Positions 47,575-56,940 are shown, counted from the first letter of the stretch. The stretch is DNA of 64,000 bases from a virus (IMGVR_UViG_3300021400_000491:19271-83270); one strand, 5' to 3'. Program-made: numbers and translations. Notes: generated by a model from the sequence alone, not told the origin.

Positions 47575-48213
47575 ATGAAGCCGTGGGAACTCTACAATTA
47601 TCAGAAGGATATAGACTACAAGACAAATACTTTTGATTACGATTGGCGCGTAAAAGTTGAGCATGAGGATAAGGCAATCTATGTCTTTTCGCAGTTCTCA
47701 ACTTCAATCATTGATTGGATTGTAAACTTCCTTTTCTTCTTCATTCCGCAGGTTAGACAGTGGTATGTGTATTTTGCCTGTTTAGGCTGGCAGACTACTT
47801 TCAATTCTTGTAAGGGCTTGATGATGAATGAGGTTTTAATGGCAATGAATACCTTCCCGGATTATAAGGTGGTTTGTTGCGGTCATTCATACGGCGGGGC
47901 TGGCTCTGTATTGGTTGGAATAGAAATCTTCTTTCAGTCGGGAAGAAAGCCGGATTTAATTACTTGGGGTGCGCCTAAGCCGTTGGTTTTCTTCTTTACA
48001 AAGCTGATTTGCAGATTGTTTTTCGGTACTGTTTGGCAGTTCGCGCATTGGTGCGACATTGTGACTTATATGCCGCCATTGCTCGGATATTGGAACATTA
48101 AGGTTATCAGAATCGGCGATTTCAGCTTTAAGAAGCTGTTTAATCCTCGTGAATACCATACTTGCTATGGTGACGAATCTTTATATAAGGATATTAAAGG
48201 TTATGATTTTTGA
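47575..48213 (+). CDS. Class 3 lipase-like alpha/beta hydrolase
   Basis: VVCCGHSYGGA nucleophile elbow, ITWGAPKP, DIVTYMPP. Confidence 0.85.
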   Translation: MKPWELYNYQKDIDYKTNTFDYDWRVKVEHEDKAIYVFSQFSTSIIDWIVNFLFFFIPQVRQWYVYFACLGWQTTFNSCKGLMMNEVLMAMNTFPDYKVVCCGHSYGGAGSVLVGIEIFFQSGRKPDLITWGAPKPLVFFFTKLICRLFFGTVWQFAHWCDIVTYMPPLLGYWNIKVIRIGDFSFKKLFNPREYHTCYGDESLYKDIKGYDF

Positions 48214-49012
48214 GCAGGTGCAGAACATTCTTAACGGTGGTGTTCAGACATTACAGAAATCAGATTTCTCAAACTATGCACTTTCGGAGCAGGTGAAATG
48301 TGTGCTTAATAAGTCATACATTCCACAGAAAACTACCGTTGAAAAATCGTTACTATCCGCTGAAAGCATACAGAAAGCAAAGCCTGCGGGCAGAAATTGG
48401 GGGCAGTTAATACCTGTAAGAAAAATGAACGCAGCCGGGCGAATGGTCACATATTGGGAAAGCCCGGAAGATAGAAACGAAGGAAAAATGAAGGGTGCGC
48501 AGAATCTTTTTGACATTGACGAATTGGACGCGCCCGCTTCTGACAATGACTATTACGGTCAGTGGGATAAAGACGCGGAAGAATACCAGATTAAGCCATT
48601 GATTATGAAATTCTCTGAATACAATCCGGCTCTTGCAAAGCGTATGGAAGAGAAATACAAGGGCTATCAGTGGGATAGAGAAACAAGGGATTTGGATATA
48701 AAACTTGACTATGAAACTCTGGACTACATGAGAAGGGCAAAGAACGAGCCGGATTATGCTAAAGAGTGGCAGGAAGAGTATAATGAAAAGACAGACAGAA
48801 CTTGCAAAATGCTGAATAACCGTAAATTGGCAATGGCAAGATTGAAAGTCGGTAGCAAGGTTTCTTACAACGGAAAGCCGGGAAAAATTACAGGATTTTC
48901 AAAGCGCGGCTATCCGAATGTAGATTTCAACGGAGTTGTAAGAACTTGTTTTGTTGAAGAGATTGCGGATATTGAAGCGTTGGAGAAGAAACTTAACGCA
49001 AAGGCTGCATAA
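48203..49012 (+). CDS. Hypothetical head-associated protein with clustered K-S/K-A motifs and SH3-like C-terminus
   Basis: LQKS, LNKS, VEKS, IQKA in first 60 aa; LKVGSKVSYNGKPGKITG. Confidence 0.75.
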   Translation: MIFEQVQNILNGGVQTLQKSDFSNYALSEQVKCVLNKSYIPQKTTVEKSLLSAESIQKAKPAGRNWGQLIPVRKMNAAGRMVTYWESPEDRNEGKMKGAQNLFDIDELDAPASDNDYYGQWDKDAEEYQIKPLIMKFSEYNPALAKRMEEKYKGYQWDRETRDLDIKLDYETLDYMRRAKNEPDYAKEWQEEYNEKTDRTCKMLNNRKLAMARLKVGSKVSYNGKPGKITGFSKRGYPNVDFNGVVRTCFVEEIADIEALEKKLNAKAA

Positions 49013-49067
49013 ATAAGCGTATACAGAAATATTTCTGAATACATAAATCAATTTAGGGGGTGTTTTT

Positions 49068-49295
49068 ATGGCACTTGGTAAATTAAAGAAAGGTTGTCCT
49101 TATGGTAAGGAGATTGCAAAAGAGATTGAAGCAGGCGGAAACGAGCAGCTTAACGCAAGAGTTACAGAGCTTGAAGAAACTGTAGAATCTCTTACAACAG
49201 CCCTTGCCGCCGTTCTTGCAGCAGACAAGACAACAGACAACGGAAAGACTTTGCAGATTGATTCTAACGGCGTTGTTGCGCTTGTTACTGTGTAA
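49068..49295 (+). CDS. Hypothetical coiled-coil protein
   Basis: GGGGGTG RBS. Confidence 0.7.
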   Translation: MALGKLKKGCPYGKEIAKEIEAGGNEQLNARVTELEETVESLTTALAAVLAADKTTDNGKTLQIDSNGVVALVTV

Positions 49296-49356
49296 GTTTT
49301 CTTTTTACCCGGTCTTACTTTGCGTAATTCCGGGGCATTTATTTTGAGGTGTTTTT

Positions 49357-49989
49357 ATGCGAAGAACAGATTTAACAAATCAAACTTTTGGACGACTAAA
49401 AGTAATATCATATTCGCACACTACAAAAGACGGACGCACTATGTGGCTTTGTAATTGCTCATGCGGAAATCAAAAGATTACAAGTTCTAAAGATTTGAAG
49501 CGGGGAACAGTTCAGAGTTGTGGTTGTTTGCGTAAAGAAGTTGTTTCAAAACGACAAAAAACACATGGTTTGTCCGAATCTAGGCTTTATTATATTTGGT
49601 CTACAATGAAACGCCGTTGCGAAACGGCAAAATCAGAGAAAGCAAGAAAAGATTATCTTGAAAGAGGTATAACCGTTTGCAAAGAATGGCACGATTTTTC
49701 TATATTCCAGAAATGGGCATTAAACAATGGTTATTCTGAAAACCTTACAATAGACCGTATCAATAATAATGGTAATTATTGCCCGGAGAATTGTAGATGG
49801 GTAAATCAGAAAACGCAGCAAAACAATAAAAGAAGCAATGTAAGGCTTACCTATAACAATAAGACACAGACCATAGCACAGTGGGCTGACGAATTAGGTA
49901 TGAAATACAACACTCTTGACGAACGATTAAGAAAAGGTTGGAGTGTAGAAAGAGCTTTAACAACACCTGTAATGTGCAAGCGAGGGTAA
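49357..49989 (+). CDS. HNH homing endonuclease (free-standing)
   Basis: DLTNQTFGRL...WLCNCSCG, SCGC, TIDRINNNGNYCPENCRWV. Confidence 0.92.
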   Translation: MRRTDLTNQTFGRLKVISYSHTTKDGRTMWLCNCSCGNQKITSSKDLKRGTVQSCGCLRKEVVSKRQKTHGLSESRLYYIWSTMKRRCETAKSEKARKDYLERGITVCKEWHDFSIFQKWALNNGYSENLTIDRINNNGNYCPENCRWVNQKTQQNNKRSNVRLTYNNKTQTIAQWADELGMKYNTLDERLRKGWSVERALTTPVMCKRG

Positions 49990-49993
49990 AATC

Positions 49994-51172
49994 ATCGGAG
50001 TTGGACTTTCAGAAAATTCGCCTGTAGTTTTAAGTTTAGGGCGAGCAAATTACGAAGCTCTCATTAAGCGTCACGGTCAGTGGGTACGGTGGCGGACGGC
50101 TGCAATGTGTCCTTGTGTCGAAAAGAATACGCAACAGCCCGACCCACATTGCGAGAAGTGCGGCGGACGCGGTTATATTTACGGCAATCAGAAAGAGCAG
50201 GTTTTACAGACAACGGCAACGGTAGACCTTAACGGAATTCTTACTGTTTCAGAAGATTATACAAACGATTCTCTTGTAAAGGTTTACGACCAGAGCGGAA
50301 AGGTTTACAGCAACGCTCGAAAATACGGACAGTTTATTGCTTTGAATACAGATAGATTTGTAAGGGGGTCATATTACAATGTAGTTTTGAATCGGGAACT
50401 TGCAAAGACTATTGAAAATACGATTCTTGAAGATTGCGGCGGAAACTATTATAAAGTTCCGGGAATTGAATCTAAACGGCTAAATATTGAGGGCATTTAT
50501 TACACCGCGCCTGCAGATATTTTGAGCATTGAAAGTGTTACTGATGAAGAAGGTGAGGAATTTGAGGTTGAGCAATACCGATTAAACCTTGCATATATTC
50601 CGCCAAAGATTGTTGAAGATGAAGAAACAGGGGAAGAAACGGAAGTTTACCCGACAGGAAATTTGACGGCAAAAAACATCAAGTATATTGAGCCGTTCAC
50701 TTTTGCCGTGCTGAATCAGAATCTTAATAAGGTTGACATTGCACAAATGGAAGCTGCTCACGGTGACGCAGTTGTGACATTCCCTTATTCCTGTGATGTT
50801 TCGGAAAATGATGTTTTGACGGTTTTAGCCGGAACAATTACGCAGAAATCTATGATTGTGCGAACAAAAAAAGACTATGACACAATCCCGGCTTTTTTCA
50901 TTGAAAGCATTGTGAAGATAATCGGCAAGGATAGCGAATATGAAAACGGCGTTGATTATGTTCTTGTCGGTACGAATTCTATTAAGTGGATTTCTGAAAA
51001 TAAGCCGGATAATGGCGAAGGATATTCAATCATCTATAAGGTTTATCCGACTTATACGGTTGTAAAGAATATCCCGCAGTTAAGAAGCTCTGAAAATCAG
51101 CGATTCCCGAAGAAAGCTATCGTACAGCTTATGAGCAGTTACAGCGAAACAAGGGGAGTGAACAGGCAATGA
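49994..51172 (+). CDS. Neck/head-completion protein with CPC...CxxC motif; apparent ATC start
   Basis: Frame open upstream of ATG 50105: IGVGLSENSPVVLSLGRANYEALIKRHGQWVRWRTAAMCPC. Confidence 0.75.
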   Translation: MGVGLSENSPVVLSLGRANYEALIKRHGQWVRWRTAAMCPCVEKNTQQPDPHCEKCGGRGYIYGNQKEQVLQTTATVDLNGILTVSEDYTNDSLVKVYDQSGKVYSNARKYGQFIALNTDRFVRGSYYNVVLNRELAKTIENTILEDCGGNYYKVPGIESKRLNIEGIYYTAPADILSIESVTDEEGEEFEVEQYRLNLAYIPPKIVEDEETGEETEVYPTGNLTAKNIKYIEPFTFAVLNQNLNKVDIAQMEAAHGDAVVTFPYSCDVSENDVLTVLAGTITQKSMIVRTKKDYDTIPAFFIESIVKIIGKDSEYENGVDYVLVGTNSIKWISENKPDNGEGYSIIYKVYPTYTVVKNIPQLRSSENQRFPKKAIVQLMSSYSETRGVNRQ

Positions 51173-52032
51173 CCGAAGGTATTAAAATACAGATAAACGG
51201 ACAGGCAGGTTTAGACGCTCTTTTTGCTATGGCTCGTTACGGAAACGAGGGCTTTAACAGTACATTCCCTTTGACTAAACAAGAGTTATGGGATTGTGCA
51301 ATGACCATTGAAAACACTTGGAAAGGCTGGGCTATGGGCGGCGATATTCCGGGAATAAAGAACATTCCGAAGCCAAATTCTAAACTTGCCGCTTCTGTAA
51401 AACATAGCCCGGAAAGAAGCTGGGCTTTTGAATATACGATTTTCAGCGACCATCCTTTAATGGCTGATTATCAGCACGGCAAAGATGAAACAATCGACAT
51501 GAAAGCTGCTGATAGTCCGTGGTTAAACGGAAAGAAAAGCCGATTGAATAAAAAAGACGGTTCGCCTTATTTGATTGTTCCGTTCTCTTGGGGAACAGGT
51601 ACAGGACATTTTAGAAATGTTGTTCCAGCTGGAATACAGAAAGCATTGAGAAGCCGGGCTTTATCTTCACGCTTGCCGACAATGCACACAGAGCCAAACG
51701 CAAGGGGCGAGGACATCTTGCGACATGAATATAATTGGGGCGGCAGAGTTTCGGAAGATGAAGCGCAGCACACCGACAAAAACGGCAATTTGACAGGATA
51801 TGACGCTGGAATGGTGCGCATGGAAGATAGCGCATATAAAAACGGCAATCACGGTACTTATTTCACTTTCCGTGTCATAAGCGCAAAGTCGGCGGCTGAC
51901 AAGTGGATTCAGCATAGGCACACAGACGCTATAGATGTAGTCGGCGGATTAAAAAAGACCTTTGAAAAGGATTTTACAGAATCTGTACAGGCTGCAATAA
52001 AGGCTGATTGGGAGCGATTTCAAGGCAGTTGA
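51169..52032 (+). CDS. Virion morphogenesis / tail completion protein
   Basis: IDMK...LNGKKSR...YLIVPF...TFRVIS...WI; position in neck module. Confidence 0.7.
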   Translation: MTEGIKIQINGQAGLDALFAMARYGNEGFNSTFPLTKQELWDCAMTIENTWKGWAMGGDIPGIKNIPKPNSKLAASVKHSPERSWAFEYTIFSDHPLMADYQHGKDETIDMKAADSPWLNGKKSRLNKKDGSPYLIVPFSWGTGTGHFRNVVPAGIQKALRSRALSSRLPTMHTEPNARGEDILRHEYNWGGRVSEDEAQHTDKNGNLTGYDAGMVRMEDSAYKNGNHGTYFTFRVISAKSAADKWIQHRHTDAIDVVGGLKKTFEKDFTESVQAAIKADWERFQGS

Positions 52033-52037
52033 TTAAA

Positions 52038-52173
52038 TTGACAACAGGGGCTTTTTGCTTTAATATAGAATAAATTACAGTGCCATAATTGGTATGTTAC
52101 ATCTGTATTCCTTATGAAAGGCAGCAGGGGTAGAAGTGCGGAATTCCGTGTTTTTATCTGTGCTGCCTTTTTT
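52038..52173 (+). promoter_or_regulatory. Promoter TTGACA-17-TAATAT, short leader and long terminator hairpin
   Basis: AAAGGCAGCA...TGCTGCCTTTTTT; TATTCCTTA motif shared with 42856. Confidence 0.75.
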
Positions 52174-52201
52174 GTTGCACGAAAAAAAAGGAATAGCGGA
52201 C

Positions 52202-52987
52202 ATGGCACGGTACTATCTTAATCGCGGTATCATTCTTGAACAAGTTATAGTTTCCCTTATACATGACTATCTGGAAGCCATAGACGCAGATAATCTTTAT
52301 CAGAATTTCCACATCGAAGCAACAAACAGACACCCTTTTGCAAGCCTTTATCTGCATAACACAAAGACTGTAGCAGACAGTTTCCCTTCAATAACAGTTA
52401 CAACGGCAACGGACGACAAAACACCCGCTCTGGAAGAATTGAAAGCATGGGTAACGCCTGTTGCTTTTACTGATGAAGATATTGACGATTGGGCAAGCAA
52501 CACATACGACAGCGATTTCAAAGATTCAAACGGACATATCGTAAAAGCAGGTAAGAAGATTCCGGGATTATGTGCAGTTACTTCAAAAGATGTTATCAAG
52601 GAATTGAAGAAGGTCACAAAGAAGCAGGGCGAAGTTTACGGAAACAAGATTGAGATACGAAGGACAGACCGAATTTCCGTTGAAATCTGGGCTGACAATG
52701 AGCAGGTAAAAAACGAGGTTTACGAAGTTTTACGGCTTTTTATTGCCGGGGATTTAAGACAGATTCTTTCCGAAAGATATAACTTTTTCGACCCGCTTAT
52801 TGACGATGGAAGCGTACACGGTCAGCGAAGCAATAACTACAACATGGATTTTGACATTGCACTTTCCGGGGCAATGATTACTTTCGAGGTGAATTATCTT
52901 ATCGCGCAAGTCGTACTCGACACCGACAAGGCAAAGATAAGTCAAGATATAGAAGCGGAGGCACATAACTATGTCAAACACAACTAA
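52202..52987 (+). CDS. Putative tail terminator/neck protein
   Basis: Position before sheath; FPSITVTT, ISVEIWADN. Confidence 0.6.
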   Translation: MARYYLNRGIILEQVIVSLIHDYLEAIDADNLYQNFHIEATNRHPFASLYLHNTKTVADSFPSITVTTATDDKTPALEELKAWVTPVAFTDEDIDDWASNTYDSDFKDSNGHIVKAGKKIPGLCAVTSKDVIKELKKVTKKQGEVYGNKIEIRRTDRISVEIWADNEQVKNEVYEVLRLFIAGDLRQILSERYNFFDPLIDDGSVHGQRSNNYNMDFDIALSGAMITFEVNYLIAQVVLDTDKAKISQDIEAEAHNYVKHN

Positions 52988-53180
52988 GGCAGATAACGCC
53001 ACCAGCACGACAACAACTCCGAAAAAAGAGAAAAAAATGGGTGTTGTGCGTTTTCTGCAAAAGAATCCGCAGAAAAGCGGAATTGAGGCAATACTGAAAT
53101 GCGAATACGCAGCAGTATCGAAAACAGAAACAGAGTGGAAAGCGATTGTTGACCAGCTCTTGAGTACAAAAGTAAGGTAG
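52971..53180 (+). CDS. Small hypothetical virion protein
   Basis: GGAGG RBS. Confidence 0.65.
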   Translation: MSNTTKADNATSTTTTPKKEKKMGVVRFLQKNPQKSGIEAILKCEYAAVSKTETEWKAIVDQLLSTKVR

Positions 53181-53190
53181 GAGGCAAAAA

Positions 53191-54897
53191 ATGGGTGTAA
53201 GTCCAGCAGTATTTGAATCAGCGGGCAAAAAGACAGAACATCTTATTCCGGGCGTTTATACTCGTAGAAATACGGTTGCTGCAACTACCGGGCTTGGTAA
53301 TGACAAGCTCGTAGTAATGGGTGTTTCAAGTGCGGGTAAACCGCGGACACTTCTTAAATTCGCTACTCCAGCAGACGCAAAAAATGCTCTTCTCGGTGGT
53401 GAATTGCTCAACGGTGTTCTTCATGCGTTCAACGGCTCGAATGACTTTGTTCCGCAGTATGTTTACGGTTATATCGTAAACAGCAACACACAGGCAACAC
53501 TTGTAATGAAAAACGGCGATAATCCGATTATCAATGTTAAGTCAAGTATTTACGGTGTTCCTGCTAATCAGCTTAAACTCTGGCTGAAAAGCGGCACAAC
53601 AGGAAAGAAGCTGATGTATTCTTTCAAAGGAAACGAAGGAAGCATTGATAACATCGAACGTCCTTCTTTCTCAATCATCTATAACGGTGACGGTACATCT
53701 CCGAAGTGTACAATCACATCTACAGGAATCAAACTTGAAGCATTGGAAGAGGGCGAGGCTGTTGATGTTTTTGAATTCGCTTGGACTGATATTGAAACCG
53801 TTTCTGAACTCGTTTCAAGAATCAACGACACAGACATTTACGCTGCAACTCTTCTTGATTTAACAGAAGGTGCTGCAACAAAAGAGCTTGATGTTTGCTC
53901 TGCAACAGCTCTTTCTACAACCGCAACAAAGTTTTACAGCAATGTACAGGCTTTGATTGAGGCTCTGGAAAAAGTTCAGTACATCGGAAGCGGAAACGCA
54001 GAACTTGCAGAAAATGCAAGCCGTATCTTGCCGGACAACAATGACGGCTATGTATATTTCAGCGGTGCAACAGCAGGCACTTCTACTGTAGGCGATTGGT
54101 CAGACGCTCTTGACGCTCTTGCAAAAGAGAAGATTCAGTCTATTACCACACCGTCAACAGACAAGAAAATCCATGTTCTTATTTCTAATCACTGTGCTTC
54201 TTGCAATACAGTTGCGCAGAAGAAAGAAAGAATGTTCCTTGTTGGTATGGCTTATGGCTCAACTCTGGAACAGGGAATTGCGGAAGCTGCTGAACTTAAT
54301 TCAGAATACGGCTCACTTGTCATTAACGGCATGAAAGCAAGCAACCCGCTGACAGGTGAAAACGAATACATGAGCGGTGCATTGCTCGCTTGTAAAGCCG
54401 CAGGTATGGAAAACTCAATGGGTAGCGGTAATCCGCTGACAAATAAGGTAATCAAAGTAACCGAATTCACAGGTTCGGACGATTACGAAACAATGATTGC
54501 AAACGGTATTATGCCGTTCGGCAAGAATGATGATGATAACCTTGTTTGTATTCGTGCCATGACTACATATCAGAGTGACAACCTTGCTCTGAACGAGCGT
54601 TCTTGTGTTCGCGAAGCTCTGTTCATGGATAGAGATTTCCGCGCTGCATATTCACGCAAAATCGGTACAAATGACGCGCCGGACGAGAGCGACATTAAGG
54701 GAATCCTTATTGCTCGCGCCGAAGAGTGGTACAAGTCGGGCTTGATTACAAAGAACGACAAACAGGAAGATGTTTTCAACATCAGAGTTCGCTTTGACGC
54801 TGATAAAACTTATGTTGACTATGACAGATTCTTGCGTACTCCGAATAACTTCATCTTCGGAACAAGCAACAATCTGCTCTACAAGAGCGAGGAGTAA
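53191..54897 (+). CDS. Tail sheath protein
   Basis: HLIPGVYTR N-terminus; CIRAMTTY...NERSCVR. Confidence 0.9.
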   Translation: MGVSPAVFESAGKKTEHLIPGVYTRRNTVAATTGLGNDKLVVMGVSSAGKPRTLLKFATPADAKNALLGGELLNGVLHAFNGSNDFVPQYVYGYIVNSNTQATLVMKNGDNPIINVKSSIYGVPANQLKLWLKSGTTGKKLMYSFKGNEGSIDNIERPSFSIIYNGDGTSPKCTITSTGIKLEALEEGEAVDVFEFAWTDIETVSELVSRINDTDIYAATLLDLTEGAATKELDVCSATALSTTATKFYSNVQALIEALEKVQYIGSGNAELAENASRILPDNNDGYVYFSGATAGTSTVGDWSDALDALAKEKIQSITTPSTDKKIHVLISNHCASCNTVAQKKERMFLVGMAYGSTLEQGIAEAAELNSEYGSLVINGMKASNPLTGENEYMSGALLACKAAGMENSMGSGNPLTNKVIKVTEFTGSDDYETMIANGIMPFGKNDDDNLVCIRAMTTYQSDNLALNERSCVREALFMDRDFRAAYSRKIGTNDAPDESDIKGILIARAEEWYKSGLITKNDKQEDVFNIRVRFDADKTYVDYDRFLRTPNNFIFGTSNNLLYKSEE

Positions 54898-54900
54898 CAA

Positions 54901-55407
54901 ATGGCAAATATTACGCAGAACGGAAACCTTATCACAAAAGGTACAGACTGTTATGTATATGTTGACTTTCAAGACGATTCCGGGGCTGGGGCAGAGAAAA
55001 TCGGACTTTCTTCTGAATACAGCGCAACAAAGGACATGGAAGTTCAGAAAGCCAATGTATTGGGTGAAATCGTTCCTGTATCGGTTGATATTGTCGGTAT
55101 CAATGCCACAATTCACCTTTCTGGACTTATCCCGGCAAAGAATGTTTCAAGCGAATATTATACAGACGGAAAGAGCGTCAAAAACTTCAACCCGGATGCA
55201 AAGAAAATCATTTCCGGCGAGAACGGCGCAAAAATCCCTTATATCTGCTTGAAAGACAAGAAGAGCGGTTCAATTATCGGTTACGGTACTTGGGGCGTTC
55301 CTTCTCGCTATGCAGAGAATACACAGGGCAAAAACTATGTGCAGGTTTCTGTAGACATTCAGCTTGTGGACTACAAGAACGGTGCAGACTACGAGCAGGT
55401 ATTGTAA
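54901..55407 (+). CDS. Tail tube protein
   Basis: Directly after sheath; 168 aa; KIGL...NVLGEIVP. Confidence 0.8.
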   Translation: MANITQNGNLITKGTDCYVYVDFQDDSGAGAEKIGLSSEYSATKDMEVQKANVLGEIVPVSVDIVGINATIHLSGLIPAKNVSSEYYTDGKSVKNFNPDAKKIISGENGAKIPYICLKDKKSGSIIGYGTWGVPSRYAENTQGKNYVQVSVDIQLVDYKNGADYEQVL

Positions 55408-55471
55408 CGAATAAAAGGCGGGGCGTTGAAATATACGCCCTGTCTTAAAATCTTTTTTTGGGAGTAACTAA

Positions 55472-56014
55472 ATGGCTAAAGCAGACGAAGAAGAATTTGA
55501 AATCTCTGACGAAATCGTAGAGAAAGAAGAAGAGAGTACAGAACAGCAGAAAGATGATATTTTCTATGCTATCATCTTGGGAAAACAGATAACAAAGACT
55601 ATCCACACTTCACGCGGCGACTTTGTTGTGAAGTTCCCGAAAGAAAAAGACAGAACAGCTATTGATTTGCTGGAAGCAAGCAGAAGGGGCGGTGTACCTG
55701 TAGAAAGTTTCACTCCGGCTGCAAACAGCAGATTGAATGAGATTGCGACACTTGATATTGTCGTGATTGACGGTGCAGATTGGTATAAAGCTGCAAAACA
55801 GAGAAACAAAAACTTTTCATGGGGGGATATGCCAGATACGGAATTCGTTGATTCGCTTTTCGTTGAGGCATGGACATTTTTTCAGAAAGTGCAGTCAATG
55901 TTTTCAGACAATAAAGAATCAGAAAATACAGAAAAGGCTCACAAAAAAGACATTTCTGAAACTGTGGGCGGCGGTTTATTTTCGGGTTCTGCCACAACAG
56001 GTAAACGCGATTGA
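55472..56014 (+). CDS. Tail assembly chaperone (G)
   Basis: After tube; TIHTSRGDFVVKFP; acidic N-terminus. Confidence 0.75.
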   Translation: MAKADEEEFEISDEIVEKEEESTEQQKDDIFYAIILGKQITKTIHTSRGDFVVKFPKEKDRTAIDLLEASRRGGVPVESFTPAANSRLNEIATLDIVVIDGADWYKAAKQRNKNFSWGDMPDTEFVDSLFVEAWTFFQKVQSMFSDNKESENTEKAHKKDISETVGGGLFSGSATTGKRD

Positions 56015-56204
56015 CGAGGATTATCTGGAACTTGTATATAACTTTGCGAACACCTACACAGAAGAGGGAATTCGTGAATGGTACAGGGATATAAACAAGG
56101 AAGATTCAAATACAGAGGATTCAACGGATAATCTGCTTGATTTGGGTTATACTTGGAAAGAAATTCTTGAAATGCAGGGTACGGATAATCAAGAAAACGA
56201 ATAA
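55940..56204 (+). CDS. Putative frameshift extension (GT) of tail chaperone
   Basis: Overlapping +1/-2 frame ORF KTFLKLWAAVYFRVLP...; CAC AAA AAA GAC candidate slip site. Confidence 0.55.
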
Positions 56205-56207
56205 ATC

Positions 56208-56238
56208 AAACGGTCGGTTTTATGCTGACCGTTTTTTT
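56208..56238 (+). terminator. Terminator between convergent late and right-arm operons
   Basis: AAACGGTCGG...CTGACCGTTTTTTT. Confidence 0.8.
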
Positions 56239-56257
56239 ATCTTCTATTATAATGGTG

Positions 56258-56683
56258 CTAGTTATGTTCCCACCACCATAAAGGTTTCTTTTCCCGGATT
56301 TCTCCGTTATCAGAAATGAAAACAGGCGTTTGTATAGAGTGTATAAACGAAACTTCTTTTAGGCTTCGGACAGGAAGGGTGTTCAAAAGTTCACCTTGCC
56401 AATTTCCGCCCGCAAGAATACCACAGCCTGCAGTACGAGTGTCTTTTGGTGCAGGTATTTTGATACCCGGCAATTTTATCTTAGGCAATGTATTTAACGG
56501 AATTTCACACTTGCCGCCTGTGATAGAAACAGGAATTGCAAAGTTTGAAGATACGGTGAAGCTGATACTGATATTATTCCTTTTCAGCAGCTTCATAACA
56601 GAACAAAGGTGTTTCTTTTTCTTGGAATCGCCAAAGCAGAGGAAATAACTTTTAATCAGTTTCTTATATTGCCGTTTGTTCAT
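56258..56683 (-). CDS. Hypothetical protein
   Basis: ORF track; coupled to neighbour. Confidence 0.6.
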   Translation of the reverse strand: MNKRQYKKLIKSYFLCFGDSKKKKHLCSVMKLLKRNNISISFTVSSNFAIPVSITGGKCEIPLNTLPKIKLPGIKIPAPKDTRTAGCGILAGGNWQGELLNTLPVRSLKEVSFIHSIQTPVFISDNGEIREKKPLWWWEHN

Positions 56684-56937
56684 ACTCTATCACCTTTTAT
56701 ATATCTTGCTATTGGTATGTTGTTATCGACATTTGAATTACTTTCAGAATAAGCAACACAAATACCATCGCCCATTTGATAAAGAACTTCATGCAGATTT
56801 TCTTCTTCATCTGGATTCTTATTATTGAGCAAGGTTTCTATTTGTTCGCAGGTTTTAAGATATTTGAAAAACAAATCTTCTGCTTTGTATGCGAGTTTAT
56901 CAATTTGTTTCTTTTCTTCTGGTGTAAAATCTCTCAT
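56680..56937 (-). CDS. Hypothetical protein
   Basis: GGAG RBS. Confidence 0.7.
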   Translation of the reverse strand: MRDFTPEEKKQIDKLAYKAEDLFFKYLKTCEQIETLLNNKNPDEEENLHEVLYQMGDGICVAYSESNSNVDNNIPIARYIKGDRV

Positions 56938-56940
56938 AGC

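Noticed and set aside
49300-50105. Group I intron housing the HNH gene
   Set aside because: No interrupted host gene (49068-49295 ends normally) and no room for intron core elements; treated as a free-standing HNH
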